Assembly: GCA_001818435.1 (NCBI GenBank)
Contig: MHKO01000059.1
Coordinates: 5,217 to 40,815, forward strand
DNA length: 35,599 nucleotides
Reading direction: 5' to 3'
Source: Candidatus Komeilibacteria bacterium RIFCSPLOWO2_02_FULL_48_11
Lineage (GTDB): Bacteria; Patescibacteriota; Patescibacteriia; UBA2169
Made by a program: the position numbers and the translations under genes. This document shows positions 23,794-33,602 of this stretch, piece by piece; position 1 is the stretch's first letter; each line of letters starts with the position of its first letter. The notes beneath the pieces were generated by a model. The model was given only the letters and a program-made list of their open reading frames with translations, did no database searches and was not told the DNA's origin.

Positions 23794-24748
23794 ACTGCTC
23801 CGAATTATTGTCAAAATTAATTTTTTCCTTTACCAGATAAGTCGGCTTGTCCTGCCCCTCGTAATAAATGCGAGTCAACATCTCCGCCAGCAGACCCAAG
23901 AGAATAAACTGAATCGCGAGCAGGCCCAAAAACACGGTCAAAAGAGGCAGCGGGGTGGAAATGAATGATATATGATGCCACTCGCGCAGATAAACGGCCA
24001 ACAGTCCGGAACATAAACTTAACGCCAAAGAATAAAAGCCGACCTTGCCAAAAAAATGCATGGGCTTGGTGAAGTAATTGCTTAAAAATTTCACCACCAG
24101 CAGATCCAAGACAACCTTAAAGGTTCTGGAAATGCCATATTTTGTTTTGCCAAACTTGCGCGCGCGGTGATTGACAATAATCTCGGTTGTCTTGGCGCCA
24201 AACCAAGCCGCGTAAGCTGGCATAAACCGATGCATTTCGCCGTACAGCTTCACGTCTTTTATCACTTCGCGGCGATAGGCTTTCATAGTGCAACCATAAT
24301 CGTGCAGATGTATGCCGGTAATTTTGGAAATTAAAGCATTGGCCAGCCAAGAAGGAATTTTCCTCGACAACATTTTATCCTGCCTATGCTTGCGCCAGCC
24401 GGAAACGACGTCATACCCTTCATTCATTTTAGATATGAACAGCGGAATATCCTGCGGATCATTCTGTAAATCGGCATCCAGGGGAATTATAATTTCTCCC
24501 CGGGCGTGGTTGATGCCAGCCGCCAAGGCCGCGGTTTGGCCGAAATTCTTGCGAAAATTTATGACTTTCACCCACGGTTTATTTTTCGCCGCTTGCACCA
24601 ACACCGGCCAACTTTGGTCCCGCGAGCCATCATTGACAAAAATGGCTTCGAAACTGGCCCCAAATCCTGCCAGCGCCATCTCTATTTCACTAATAAGAAT
24701 CGGCAAATTTTCCTCTTCATTATAGACTGGGATAATTAATGAAATCAT
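23792..24748 (-). CDS. GT2 polyprenyl-phosphate glycosyltransferase (GtrB/ArnC/DPM1-like)
   Basis: Motifs MISLIIPVYNEEENL, FVNDGSRDQSW, NFGQTAALAAGINHARG and PLDADLQNDPQDIP, with two C-terminal TM helices. The ATG at 24748 lies 1 nt after the rfbB stop. A longer alternative start is at 24781. Confidence 0.85.
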   Translation of the reverse strand: MISLIIPVYNEEENLPILISEIEMALAGFGASFEAIFVNDGSRDQSWPVLVQAAKNKPWVKVINFRKNFGQTAALAAGINHARGEIIIPLDADLQNDPQDIPLFISKMNEGYDVVSGWRKHRQDKMLSRKIPSWLANALISKITGIHLHDYGCTMKAYRREVIKDVKLYGEMHRFMPAYAAWFGAKTTEIIVNHRARKFGKTKYGISRTFKVVLDLLVVKFLSNYFTKPMHFFGKVGFYSLALSLCSGLLAVYLREWHHISFISTPLPLLTVFLGLLAIQFILLGLLAEMLTRIYYEGQDKPTYLVKEKINFDNNSEQ

Positions 24749-24749
24749 A

Positions 24750-25802
24750 TTAGTTCCATTGCGCCTTAGATTGGCGTTCATAAAGATTAGCGTATTCTTT
24801 AGTCTGTTTAACTTTTTGCCACCAACTCTTATTATTCAAATACCAGGCCACGACATCATCAATGCTTTCCTCTAAAACGTAATTACGCTGCCAAGACAAC
24901 TGTTTCTCTAATTTGCTAGAATCAACCGCGTAGCGCATATCGCCGCCCGGTCGGCCACCAATATGATTCCTATGTTTGGCTAATTCCACCTGTAAACTTT
25001 TTGCGATTAACTCTAAAATTTCCAGCACGCTTTTTTCCTCACCCGCGACATTATAGGTTTCAAAAATTGTGCCCTGATGAATAATCAGATCAATCGCCGC
25101 GCAAAAATCTAAAACATGCAACCAGCTCCTGATTTGTTGCCCATTGCCATGAATCGGGATCAATTTGCCTTCAATAATATTAGATACAGCCAAAGGAATT
25201 AATTTTTCCGGATATTGATAAGGCCCATAGTTATTAGATCCCCGGACGATTATAGCCGGGGTGGCAAATGTCCGCATATAAGACTTGACTAACATCTCGG
25301 CCCCGGCCTTAGACGCGGCATAGGGATTAGACGGGTTCAAAAGCGTCTCTTCGTTGGAAAAACCAATTGGTACATCGCCATAGACTTCGTCAGTTGAGAT
25401 ATGTACCAATTGAGTGCCCGGATATTTTCTAATAGTTTCAATCAAATTGCGCGTGCCGTTAATATTGGTTTCAATAAAATCCGAAACATTAAAAATCGAG
25501 CGGTCAACGTGCGTCTCGGCCGCAAAATGAACTACATATTTAAACCTGTATTCTTGAAAAATTTTATCTAAAAGATCCTTATCGCAGACGTTCCCCAAGA
25601 TAAAAGTATAGCGATCGCCTCCCGGTTCTTTGGCAACCTTCTCTTGCACATCAATTAAATTCTCTTTATTACCAGCGTAGGTCAACGCGTCCAGGTTCAC
25701 AATCCGGTATTCCGGATATTTAAAAAACAGGTGCCGAATAAAATTGGAGCCGATAAATCCGCACCCGCCGGTAATTAATATATTAGTGTAATTATCTGAC
25801 AT
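24750..25802 (-). CDS. rfbB: dTDP-glucose 4,6-dehydratase
   Basis: 350 aa. Motifs ILITGGCGFIGSNF, LTYAGN, HFAAETHVDRS, HISTDEVYGD, YAASKAGAEMLV, NNYGPYQYPEKLIP and GGRPGGDMRYAVD. Confidence 0.9.
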   Translation of the reverse strand: MSDNYTNILITGGCGFIGSNFIRHLFFKYPEYRIVNLDALTYAGNKENLIDVQEKVAKEPGGDRYTFILGNVCDKDLLDKIFQEYRFKYVVHFAAETHVDRSIFNVSDFIETNINGTRNLIETIRKYPGTQLVHISTDEVYGDVPIGFSNEETLLNPSNPYAASKAGAEMLVKSYMRTFATPAIIVRGSNNYGPYQYPEKLIPLAVSNIIEGKLIPIHGNGQQIRSWLHVLDFCAAIDLIIHQGTIFETYNVAGEEKSVLEILELIAKSLQVELAKHRNHIGGRPGGDMRYAVDSSKLEKQLSWQRNYVLEESIDDVVAWYLNNKSWWQKVKQTKEYANLYERQSKAQWN

Positions 25803-25804
25803 AT

Positions 25805-26737
25805 TTATAGATGATTTTTATACCACTCGATTGTCTCTTTTATCCCCTTTTCCAGACTGTATTTTGGATGCCAAGCAAGGTTTGCGTATGTTTTTGTCAT
25901 ATCCGCTACGCACATGGCGCTGTCATAAGAAGCGCCATGATGCGAGCCCCATTTCACCGCGCTAGTCGAGCTTGTTTCTTTTATGACCAAATTGACAAGT
26001 CCGCCAATGGTTGTCAGCTTCCCGCTGCCGGCATTAAAAGTTTCTCCCGGAAAATCCTTCGCCCTTGACGCCACTATCAAATAAATATCCATTATATCTT
26101 TAATATAAATAAGATCCCGGGAAACAGCTGGCGAGGTTAAGCTGATGTCTTCATTTTTAAGGGCTTTGGTTATAATCTCATAGACTAGCCTCCCGGGTTG
26201 CATGCTGGGGCCAAAAGGCGTAAAAAGGCGCAGAGTGACGATCGGTTTGTTCCTCAATTTCGCCACTGACCGGGCGTAGTGTTCGGCGGCTAATTTAGTA
26301 ATGCTATATATCTCCGGCGGCTCGCTTGAGTCGCTCTCTTTGATTGGTTTTGATTTAACGCCATATTCTAAAAAGCTTCCGGTGTTTATAAAAAAATCAT
26401 AGTCAATATCGGCCGCGGCTTCAATCAAATTGGTGGTGCCCAGCAAGTTGTCTAGGATAACGTCCTTATTGCTGGCTGTGATTCCGCTGAATATATTTGA
26501 CACGGCTAAATGAAAAATACCAGCCGGTTTAATTAAGCGAATAATTTTTTCCAGTTCCTTAAACTTTCTCAAGTCGCCTTGATGCACTTTCAGCTTCGGC
26601 AAAATATCTTTTATCCGCCAAGGTGCGGCAAGGGCACGAGTCAAAATATGAACCTCATAATTCTCCTCGATCAATTTTCTGATTAAATTCGAACCGACAA
26701 AACCAGTGGCCCCGGTTATGAATACCCTTTTTGTCAT
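25805..26737 (-). CDS. Extended-SDR NAD-dependent sugar epimerase/dehydratase/reductase
   Basis: 310 aa. Motif VFITGATGFVGSNLIRKL, with catalytic YxxxK in YSITKLAAEHY. Confidence 0.8.
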   Translation of the reverse strand: MTKRVFITGATGFVGSNLIRKLIEENYEVHILTRALAAPWRIKDILPKLKVHQGDLRKFKELEKIIRLIKPAGIFHLAVSNIFSGITASNKDVILDNLLGTTNLIEAAADIDYDFFINTGSFLEYGVKSKPIKESDSSEPPEIYSITKLAAEHYARSVAKLRNKPIVTLRLFTPFGPSMQPGRLVYEIITKALKNEDISLTSPAVSRDLIYIKDIMDIYLIVASRAKDFPGETFNAGSGKLTTIGGLVNLVIKETSSTSAVKWGSHHGASYDSAMCVADMTKTYANLAWHPKYSLEKGIKETIEWYKNHL

Positions 26738-26738
26738 A

Positions 26739-27896
26739 TTATTTATTTAACCCCATATTAACGGAATAGGCAAGTATAAAACGCCTTATTAATTTACCCC
26801 TGTTTTCCCAACTATATTGGCCAACCTTAGCTTGCGCCAAACGCGCCCGTTCTAATAAAGATGCTTGATTATTAATACTAGTTATAATTTTTTGTCGCAG
26901 ATCAAGACTGTCGTCGGGAGTAAAAAAGACTGCCTCTTTGGAATCTAAAACCTCGCGGATCGAGGGCAAGTCAGAAGCGATAATGGGTGAGCCTGAAACC
27001 ATGTACTCAAATAATTTTAAGGGCGAGGTATAGCGCGAAGAAATTTTTTCTTTGGCGCTGTTGGGAATTACCAAGATATCGGCGGCGGAGAGCCAAGCGG
27101 GTATTTCTATCTGCGGACGATGACCCATAATATGAATATTGGCGGCCCGATATTCCTTATCAAATTTGGCCACGTCTTCTTTTGTTCCGCCGACAAGATA
27201 CACGTGAATATCCTCGGGTAGTTTTAGGGCCGCGCGCGCCAGGATATCCGCTCCTTTCCACTCGTACAAATGACCGGCATAGAGAACCATCTTCTGCTGT
27301 AATGGAATCGCCAGCCCTGAGCGCGCCTCCTGCCTGGTCAAATTATTGTCAAATCTGGCGGCATTAAATCCATCGCGGGCAACCAATATCTTTTTCTTAT
27401 CCACGCCCCACCCCACCAAATCATCCCGCAACCCGTTGCTGATGACTATCAATCCCCGCGCACGCTGCCAAGCGCGCCGATGCAACCAAGTCGGCCGATT
27501 TGGCAGGCTATGGACCTCGTAAAATACCAGCCTGATACAAGCCAGAACAGCCGCTACATAAAAATCCCGCGTGTAGATAATATCGCCGCTCTTACCGACA
27601 AACCAGGCGTAAATCAAAGACGAGATTGTAAAACTGCCGGCTTGAAGCATGAAAAAGAATGTTTTAAAAAACGACAACCACAACAAATCCAAACAAAAAA
27701 TTTCTTTGAACGAAAAAGTCCGCGCCAAGTCATAATACAAAAATGGATTTTTATGATTAACGCCAATCCGGCGGGCGGAAACAAGCGCAACCTCTGTCTT
27801 TGGCCATTGTGAAAAAGCACGGCAATTTTCCATAATCTGCGCGCCATGAGCCTTTTCTGTGGGCAGGCGGACATTGGAAATATATAACAATCTCAT
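26739..27896 (-). CDS. GT4-family glycosyltransferase
   Basis: 385 aa. Motifs YAGHLYEWKGADILARAA and SPLKLFEYMVSGSPIIASD. Confidence 0.8.
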   Translation of the reverse strand: MRLLYISNVRLPTEKAHGAQIMENCRAFSQWPKTEVALVSARRIGVNHKNPFLYYDLARTFSFKEIFCLDLLWLSFFKTFFFMLQAGSFTISSLIYAWFVGKSGDIIYTRDFYVAAVLACIRLVFYEVHSLPNRPTWLHRRAWQRARGLIVISNGLRDDLVGWGVDKKKILVARDGFNAARFDNNLTRQEARSGLAIPLQQKMVLYAGHLYEWKGADILARAALKLPEDIHVYLVGGTKEDVAKFDKEYRAANIHIMGHRPQIEIPAWLSAADILVIPNSAKEKISSRYTSPLKLFEYMVSGSPIIASDLPSIREVLDSKEAVFFTPDDSLDLRQKIITSINNQASLLERARLAQAKVGQYSWENRGKLIRRFILAYSVNMGLNK

Positions 27897-28558
27897 ACCT
27901 TGGGGTTAGTTGGTAAATTATGGGTCACGCAGGCGAAACTTAACCGTTTATCCTCAATAAAATTAATTTCCCCGAACTTCCCGGCCAAAAAACCCAACCA
28001 CTCTTTTTTGGTGTAATAAAAATGTTTCGGGCAACGCTGGGAAAGTAAATACAATATATGGATATACCGTAAAATAGAAAACTTTCTTTCCGTCAAAGAA
28101 AAAACGATATAGGGGCTCCTTATATTTTTAAATAACGAGATTATTTCTTCGGCCGTTAAATAATCAAGAAACCCCATCCCCACCGTAATATCAGCCGCCG
28201 GCAACTGGGCTGATATGGCGTCGATACGGTAAAATTCGCATTGATAGGCCAAGCCCATCTCTTGGCTTAATTTTTTGGCCCGGTTAATGGCTTGTTCGGA
28301 AATATCCAGGCCAATAATTTTTTTCACTTTACTATTCTTGCACAAATCAAAGGCAAAATAACCCGAACCGCAACCGAGTTCCAACACTACCTTGCCATCG
28401 ACCAAAGGCAATATGGTTTCCAAAACAGTTTTATTACGAAACAAAACCGGCTTCCTAAAATAAGAAGCCAATCTTTCAATAAAAGAAAGATGGCTCGCGC
28501 CATGCATCGAATCTTCCCACTCGATAATTTTATTATTCCAATACTCTTTGCTGTTCAT
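27893..28558 (-). CDS. Class I SAM-dependent methyltransferase
   Basis: 221 aa with motif I VLELGCGSGYFAFDL. ATGA overlap with the upstream GT4 gene. Confidence 0.75.
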   Translation of the reverse strand: MNSKEYWNNKIIEWEDSMHGASHLSFIERLASYFRKPVLFRNKTVLETILPLVDGKVVLELGCGSGYFAFDLCKNSKVKKIIGLDISEQAINRAKKLSQEMGLAYQCEFYRIDAISAQLPAADITVGMGFLDYLTAEEIISLFKNIRSPYIVFSLTERKFSILRYIHILYLLSQRCPKHFYYTKKEWLGFLAGKFGEINFIEDKRLSFACVTHNLPTNPKV

Positions 28559-29393
28559 AGTAATGCTTGAATGATGTAAAGTTATGTTTTTTTAATAGCT
28601 CCTCAACTGAATTTAATATGTTGATTGTATAAGGAAGACACAACGGATTTTGTCTTAATATCTTTGTCACAAAAGAAAAGCCTCTGATTGTTTTGGTTTG
28701 GTACATCTGCCAAGGGTGGATAAATAGAATAGCGGGTTTATTCTTTTTGTTAACATGATTTATGAAGTAAGAAATTTTTGAGCCAAAAAGCGCTATAAAT
28801 AATCCGCTGCCAAAAGGCATTTGCTGGAACAGCATTTTTATTGATAAATTTTGCGGTAATAGCAAATCCTTTTTTCTGTTGGACCAAAAAGGTATAGCCG
28901 ATACCGGAATCTCCGCCACCCCGTCAATCGACTGAATCATATAATCGCCATAGGTGGATGAAGAATACGTAAATCCGTGTTGTACCAGCAATGACATGGC
29001 GGGCCGGGTAATGTAAATATTGGGAGCTCGAAATCCGGCGGGCTTGAATCTTTTAATAAAATCGGCCGACTGTTTTAATTCATTGGCCAATATTTCACTG
29101 TTGTATAAGATGGGATGGCTCTGAGTATGATAACCAATTTCATGCCCGGCCTCTATAATCGCCTCAATTGCCTCGGGGTACCAGTCGTAAATCTCGGCCA
29201 CGACAAAGAAAGTGGCTTTTTGATTATATTTTTTTAAAAGTTTAAGAATTTGCTCAATCGCCAAACAACTGTAATTGCTGTCTAAAAATTTTCTATCAGC
29301 GCTGCTTAAATTCCGATCCAATCTTAAGGCATCGTCATAAAAATGGACCCACGATTCAACATCAATTGATAAAATATTTTGTATATCCGCCAT
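28533..29393 (-). CDS. Polysaccharide deacetylase-like protein (CE4-related, DUF3473-type)
   Basis: 286 aa. Motifs LSIDVESWVHF, ATFFVVAEI and GHEIGYHTQSHP. Confidence 0.65.
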   Translation of the reverse strand: MADIQNILSIDVESWVHFYDDALRLDRNLSSADRKFLDSNYSCLAIEQILKLLKKYNQKATFFVVAEIYDWYPEAIEAIIEAGHEIGYHTQSHPILYNSEILANELKQSADFIKRFKPAGFRAPNIYITRPAMSLLVQHGFTYSSSTYGDYMIQSIDGVAEIPVSAIPFWSNRKKDLLLPQNLSIKMLFQQMPFGSGLFIALFGSKISYFINHVNKKNKPAILFIHPWQMYQTKTIRGFSFVTKILRQNPLCLPYTINILNSVEELLKKHNFTSFKHYYEQQRVLE

Positions 29394-29415
29394 ATTATAT
29401 TATAATTACGCCACT

Positions 29416-30063
29416 ATGTCTTTTTTGCATTCCCTGATCCAATTAGCGGCCAAATTGCCCGTTGATCTGAGTCAGTCTAAGTATAACCATTCGAGCAAAG
29501 GAAAACTTATCGCCTTGGCCCGCGTCCCCCAGGCATTACCCAGCGCCACGGCGTTGGATTTGGGATGTGGTGATGGATGGTGGTCGGACCAATTAAAACA
29601 TCTGGGTTTTGCCGTAACTGCTGTTGACCAAGAAAGAGAATACCCAAATAAAGATTCGGCTCAACGTTATAAAGACATGATTGCCATGAATTTAAATGAA
29701 CCATTGCCCTTGCCTGACGCTTCTTTTAATTTGGTGTGGTGCAGTGAGGTAATCGGATTTTTAAAAAACTATCAGCAAACTATAAAAGAAATACGGCGCG
29801 TGTTAGAACCGGGCGGAACCTTTATTTTTACCACCCCCAATTCATTTTCCTGGCTCCATTATTTTTTTAAAATGTTTGGCCTCTCTAATCAAGATTGGCA
29901 TCATGAGAAGCATATTAATTTCTTGCGTCTCAATGATATTAAACAACTTTTTCCCGAAGCGCAAGTATTCGGATATTTTCCTTATCTGATTATTAAAGCC
30001 ACTATTCAGTCAGGAGTGGGATTACTCTCACCCACTTTTGTTATTATCGGAAAAAAACAATAA
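29416..30063 (+). CDS. Class I SAM-dependent methyltransferase
   Basis: 215 aa. Motifs ALDLGCGDGWWSDQL, FNLVWCSEVI and LEPGGTFIFTTPN. Confidence 0.8.
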   Translation: MSFLHSLIQLAAKLPVDLSQSKYNHSSKGKLIALARVPQALPSATALDLGCGDGWWSDQLKHLGFAVTAVDQEREYPNKDSAQRYKDMIAMNLNEPLPLPDASFNLVWCSEVIGFLKNYQQTIKEIRRVLEPGGTFIFTTPNSFSWLHYFFKMFGLSNQDWHHEKHINFLRLNDIKQLFPEAQVFGYFPYLIIKATIQSGVGLLSPTFVIIGKKQ

Positions 30064-30066
30064 AAA

Positions 30067-31533
30067 CTATCTTATTTTTTTGTAAATCATGACTTTTCCC
30101 TCAATAGTTTTATCCAGTGTATAATGCTCGTCAAGTATGGTTGCATATTTATCCTCCAGTTTACGGTCCGCCCCAAAAATAATGATACCCGGCAAATTAG
30201 CCGCAGATAAAGACAATGGATTTAAACCCAAATCTCGCAATCCGTAAGTCGAGATAGTCTGCAGCCGCCTGTGGGCGGGAATCAGCGCCGCCACCGGTGG
30301 CATATCAATCAAGCCGACTATTTCGTCTGGGCTGTAATTTTCTTGCACATAATTAAAAGTTGCCTGGGGTGCATTGGAATAAAATAATTTAGCGCCGGTA
30401 AAAAGATATACGAATTGGAACAATATCAGAAAACTAAAACAAACAATCGTCAGCAGGCGCGAATATCCGCGGGAAAAAAAACGATTTATTAAAACCTTTA
30501 ATGACGGCGCCAGTAAAATAAAAATTAACAACTGAACCGCCGCCAGATAATGAAAAATAGTTATATTTTTCAAAAAATAAAATATTGCTCCCAGACTGTA
30601 AAAGCCGGCCAATAAAAAAAGTGGCCGATTCTTTTTATAAAAATCTCTATCAAAATAAGCCGCAACCGTTACCACTAAGGCGAGAAGCGAAAAATAAACA
30701 AGCGTCGAGGAATGAGGCCAAGCGATAAGATTATTTTTGATATTAATGATTGAGTTTAATCCCTCTCTTTCATAAGGATTGGAAAAATGCGTGCCCAGCA
30801 CATTCCAGGTGGCTGGCGCCAACGCGGTTGCCGAATAAATCACAATCCAAACAATAAACGCCAAGAATGAGCTAGCGCCGAGTTTGAATAAATTGCTAAA
30901 AAAATTTCTTTTTTGCCAAAGCAAAAGCAGCACAAAAGCGGGAATAAAAAAAATAAAAACGGATGGTTTACTGATAATCGCCAGGCCTAAAAATATTCCG
31001 GCCATAAAGATATTGTTTTTGTGCAAATACCAAATCAGGCATAACAGAATAAAAACAAACCCGGGAATTTCGCCCATCACGCTCCGGCCATTGCCATAAA
31101 AAGAAGCGAAAGTGGCCACTAAAAACGTGGCCAATAAGGCCGTATCGGCTCCCCAAGTTTTCTGGGCAAAAATAAACAAACAAACGACGAGCGCCGTCAT
31201 CCAGACAAGCATATAAAGTCTGGCTTGTTCCAAGCCAAAACCGAAAATTTTAAAAACCAACGCCAGAGGTAAGGTGGTTGTATAACCGGTTGACCCAATA
31301 GTCGGCCCGCGCCCGGAAAATGTCAAAGGCGCCACCACAAGATCAAGTTGGCCGAATTCAGAAAAATTCCTAGCCAATTCTATATTAATTCCCTCGTCAT
31401 ACCAGACCGCCGGCTTAGTGGTAAGCGTCCGAGCCGAATAAACATTAACAAATATAATAATCAGGGCTAATCCTAACCAAACATAATTTTTTTTTATTAA
31501 TTCCATAGCAATTTTGTCACCATAATTCGACAT
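30067..31533 (-). CDS. GT-C-fold membrane glycosyltransferase (ArnT/PMT-like)
   Basis: 488 aa and polytopic. The first extracytoplasmic loop carries WYDEGINIELARNF (compare the ArnT DE.RYAEI.REM motif). Overlaps the upstream GT2 gene by 17 nt. The alternative ATG at 31506 would remove that overlap. Confidence 0.6.
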   Translation of the reverse strand: MSNYGDKIAMELIKKNYVWLGLALIIIFVNVYSARTLTTKPAVWYDEGINIELARNFSEFGQLDLVVAPLTFSGRGPTIGSTGYTTTLPLALVFKIFGFGLEQARLYMLVWMTALVVCLFIFAQKTWGADTALLATFLVATFASFYGNGRSVMGEIPGFVFILLCLIWYLHKNNIFMAGIFLGLAIISKPSVFIFFIPAFVLLLLWQKRNFFSNLFKLGASSFLAFIVWIVIYSATALAPATWNVLGTHFSNPYEREGLNSIINIKNNLIAWPHSSTLVYFSLLALVVTVAAYFDRDFYKKNRPLFLLAGFYSLGAIFYFLKNITIFHYLAAVQLLIFILLAPSLKVLINRFFSRGYSRLLTIVCFSFLILFQFVYLFTGAKLFYSNAPQATFNYVQENYSPDEIVGLIDMPPVAALIPAHRRLQTISTYGLRDLGLNPLSLSAANLPGIIIFGADRKLEDKYATILDEHYTLDKTIEGKVMIYKKIR

Positions 31534-32452
31534 CTTTTATAAAACGAGGCCGGGCTTTAGTTTCTTTGTATATTTTTCCAATGTATTCTCCAACTACGCC
31601 TAGTCCGATAATTTGTAACCCGCCAACAAATAAAACAGCGGCCAGCAGCCACGACGCCAGACTGTTAGCCAATATATCGACCATAGTCAAAGCCATAACC
31701 GTCATTGCGCCCATCATAACAACAAAACCAATCAGAGTAATAATCCGGAGCGGAATGATACTAAAAGAAGTTATCCCGTCCCAAGCTAATTCCAGGAGCA
31801 TTTTAAAAGAATATTTCGACTGGCCGCCAGTACGTTCGTGAATCAGATATGGCATGGTTGTTGTCTTAAACCCAAGCAAGGAAAACATGCCACTTAGAAA
31901 AATATTGGCCTCACCGAATTCCACTAAAGCATCGACGGCTTTTCTACTGGCCAACCGAAAGTCCGAATCGTTCGATACGCCCAAAAATTTAATCATAGTA
32001 TTAAAGAGCGCGGTTCCGTATCTTTTGTACCAAGAATCTTTTCTGGGATTCTTTTTAACGCCATAAATCACCTCATACCCTTGGCTAAACCCGTCAATAA
32101 ATTTTTCCATAACCGATAAGTCGTCTTGTAAATCGGAATTAATGGTTATAAAACAATCCGCCCGCTCGCGGACGCTTAAGAGCCCCGCGATCACGGCGTG
32201 CTCCTGGCCAAAATTGCGCGACAACCGCAGCCCTTTGACACGGCTGTCTTGGACGTGTAATTTTTCGATTAAATCCCAAGTTTTATCGGTACTGCCGTCG
32301 TTGACAAAATAAATAAAACTGTCTGGGTGAATTTTCGATTTTTGGATTAAATCATCCAAAACCGCCAATAATTTTTTAGCAGATTCTTGGATAATGACTT
32401 CTTCATTAAAACAAGGAGATATAATGGCTAATTTGGGGGCGAGTAAACTCAT
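31517..32452 (-). CDS. GT2 polyprenyl-phosphate glycosyltransferase (GtrB/ArnC-like)
   Basis: 311 aa. Motifs LAIISPCFNEEVII, FVNDGSTDKTW, NFGQEHAVIAGL and INSDLQDD, with two C-terminal TM helices. Confidence 0.85.
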   Translation of the reverse strand: MSLLAPKLAIISPCFNEEVIIQESAKKLLAVLDDLIQKSKIHPDSFIYFVNDGSTDKTWDLIEKLHVQDSRVKGLRLSRNFGQEHAVIAGLLSVRERADCFITINSDLQDDLSVMEKFIDGFSQGYEVIYGVKKNPRKDSWYKRYGTALFNTMIKFLGVSNDSDFRLASRKAVDALVEFGEANIFLSGMFSLLGFKTTTMPYLIHERTGGQSKYSFKMLLELAWDGITSFSIIPLRIITLIGFVVMMGAMTVMALTMVDILANSLASWLLAAVLFVGGLQIIGLGVVGEYIGKIYKETKARPRFIKDVELW

Positions 32453-32534
32453 AATAATTTGGATTTAGGCGTCGCGTCTAATAAATAATACTGATGAATA
32501 ATATCTCAAACTGCTGATTAAGTAAAGCCAAACT

Positions 32535-33596
32535 CTATCTCTCCCTTTGGCTGGCCTTCTTATTCAGTATGTCCGGAATTAATCTAAAGAAAGAGTCCAA
32601 GCGCAGATATTTTTCATACGTTTCCCGGGCGCGTTTTTGCTTTTGAATGAAATCATCATCGCTTAACGCGTTGTAAAAATCAGACAGCTTTGTATCAATT
32701 AAATCAACTTCATCATAATTTACAAAAACCACGAATTCCCTGTAATTTATAATATCTTCAAAGGGCAAGACATTATCAGTCTTTATAAAAAGAGGAATCC
32801 GGCCCAACGATAAAGCCTCGTAAAATCGCATTGAACAATTGCCGCCGCCCTTAACCGTTAAAATAAAGTCCGAATTCAGCATGTTGTCTATATACTCCGC
32901 CCGCGCCTGGGCCGGGTCAAGTTTTATGGTTGTCCGGTGCCCGGAAAAACTCTCCCGAATTTTAAAATTTGATTCCACTAAAGATGATTTCTCTAATATT
33001 TTTATGGCCTGACGCCTAAACCACATACCTTGCCGCTCTGGGCCGAGATGCTGATTGCCTGGTAAAAAATTTTTCACCGACCAAATCGCATCTTTAACAT
33101 AATAAGCCAACTTTTCCCGCGCGCTTCCCAATCGCGCCCAGCCGCAAAATCCAACAACCGGCTTGGCGCCCTTGCGGCGAATAGACAGCGGCCTGTCTTG
33201 CAATAAATCTTCCCCATAAACGGGCATAATAATTTCGTTTGGTTTCTTGTTGCGGCCGTAGCGCGCTATCCGAAAAACTATTGAATTGTTGATGGGTATG
33301 TCAATTTCCGGATCACCATGCGCGAAAACAATAACTTTTTTACCATATTTCTCCGCCAGAGCCGCAAATCTTTGCATGTATTCATTCTCCCTGACAAAAA
33401 GCAGAAAGTAATCATGGGGCAGTAAAAAATAATCAGCGTCATTGGGGTCGGCAACAATCTCAAAGATTGGCTCCGTATAATGAGCGAAAACATTGTTCAT
33501 GAAAAGACTACGCTCTTTTTTTTGCACGCCTAAATTCGGGTATAATACGGGCAAATGGGAAATAGTTAACGGCTGACCAATATATACTTTAACCAT
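32535..33596 (-). CDS. Exostosin (GT47)-like glycosyltransferase
   Basis: 353 aa. SDFILTVKGGGNCSMRFYEALSLGRIPLFIKTDNVLPFEDIINYREFVVFV matches the exostosin-domain pattern (.G....S.R.feal..G.IPv.i.d...lPF.d.i.w..f.v.v). Confidence 0.55.
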   Translation of the reverse strand: MVKVYIGQPLTISHLPVLYPNLGVQKKERSLFMNNVFAHYTEPIFEIVADPNDADYFLLPHDYFLLFVRENEYMQRFAALAEKYGKKVIVFAHGDPEIDIPINNSIVFRIARYGRNKKPNEIIMPVYGEDLLQDRPLSIRRKGAKPVVGFCGWARLGSAREKLAYYVKDAIWSVKNFLPGNQHLGPERQGMWFRRQAIKILEKSSLVESNFKIRESFSGHRTTIKLDPAQARAEYIDNMLNSDFILTVKGGGNCSMRFYEALSLGRIPLFIKTDNVLPFEDIINYREFVVFVNYDEVDLIDTKLSDFYNALSDDDFIQKQKRARETYEKYLRLDSFFRLIPDILNKKASQRER

Positions 33597-33602
33597 AAAT
33601 TA

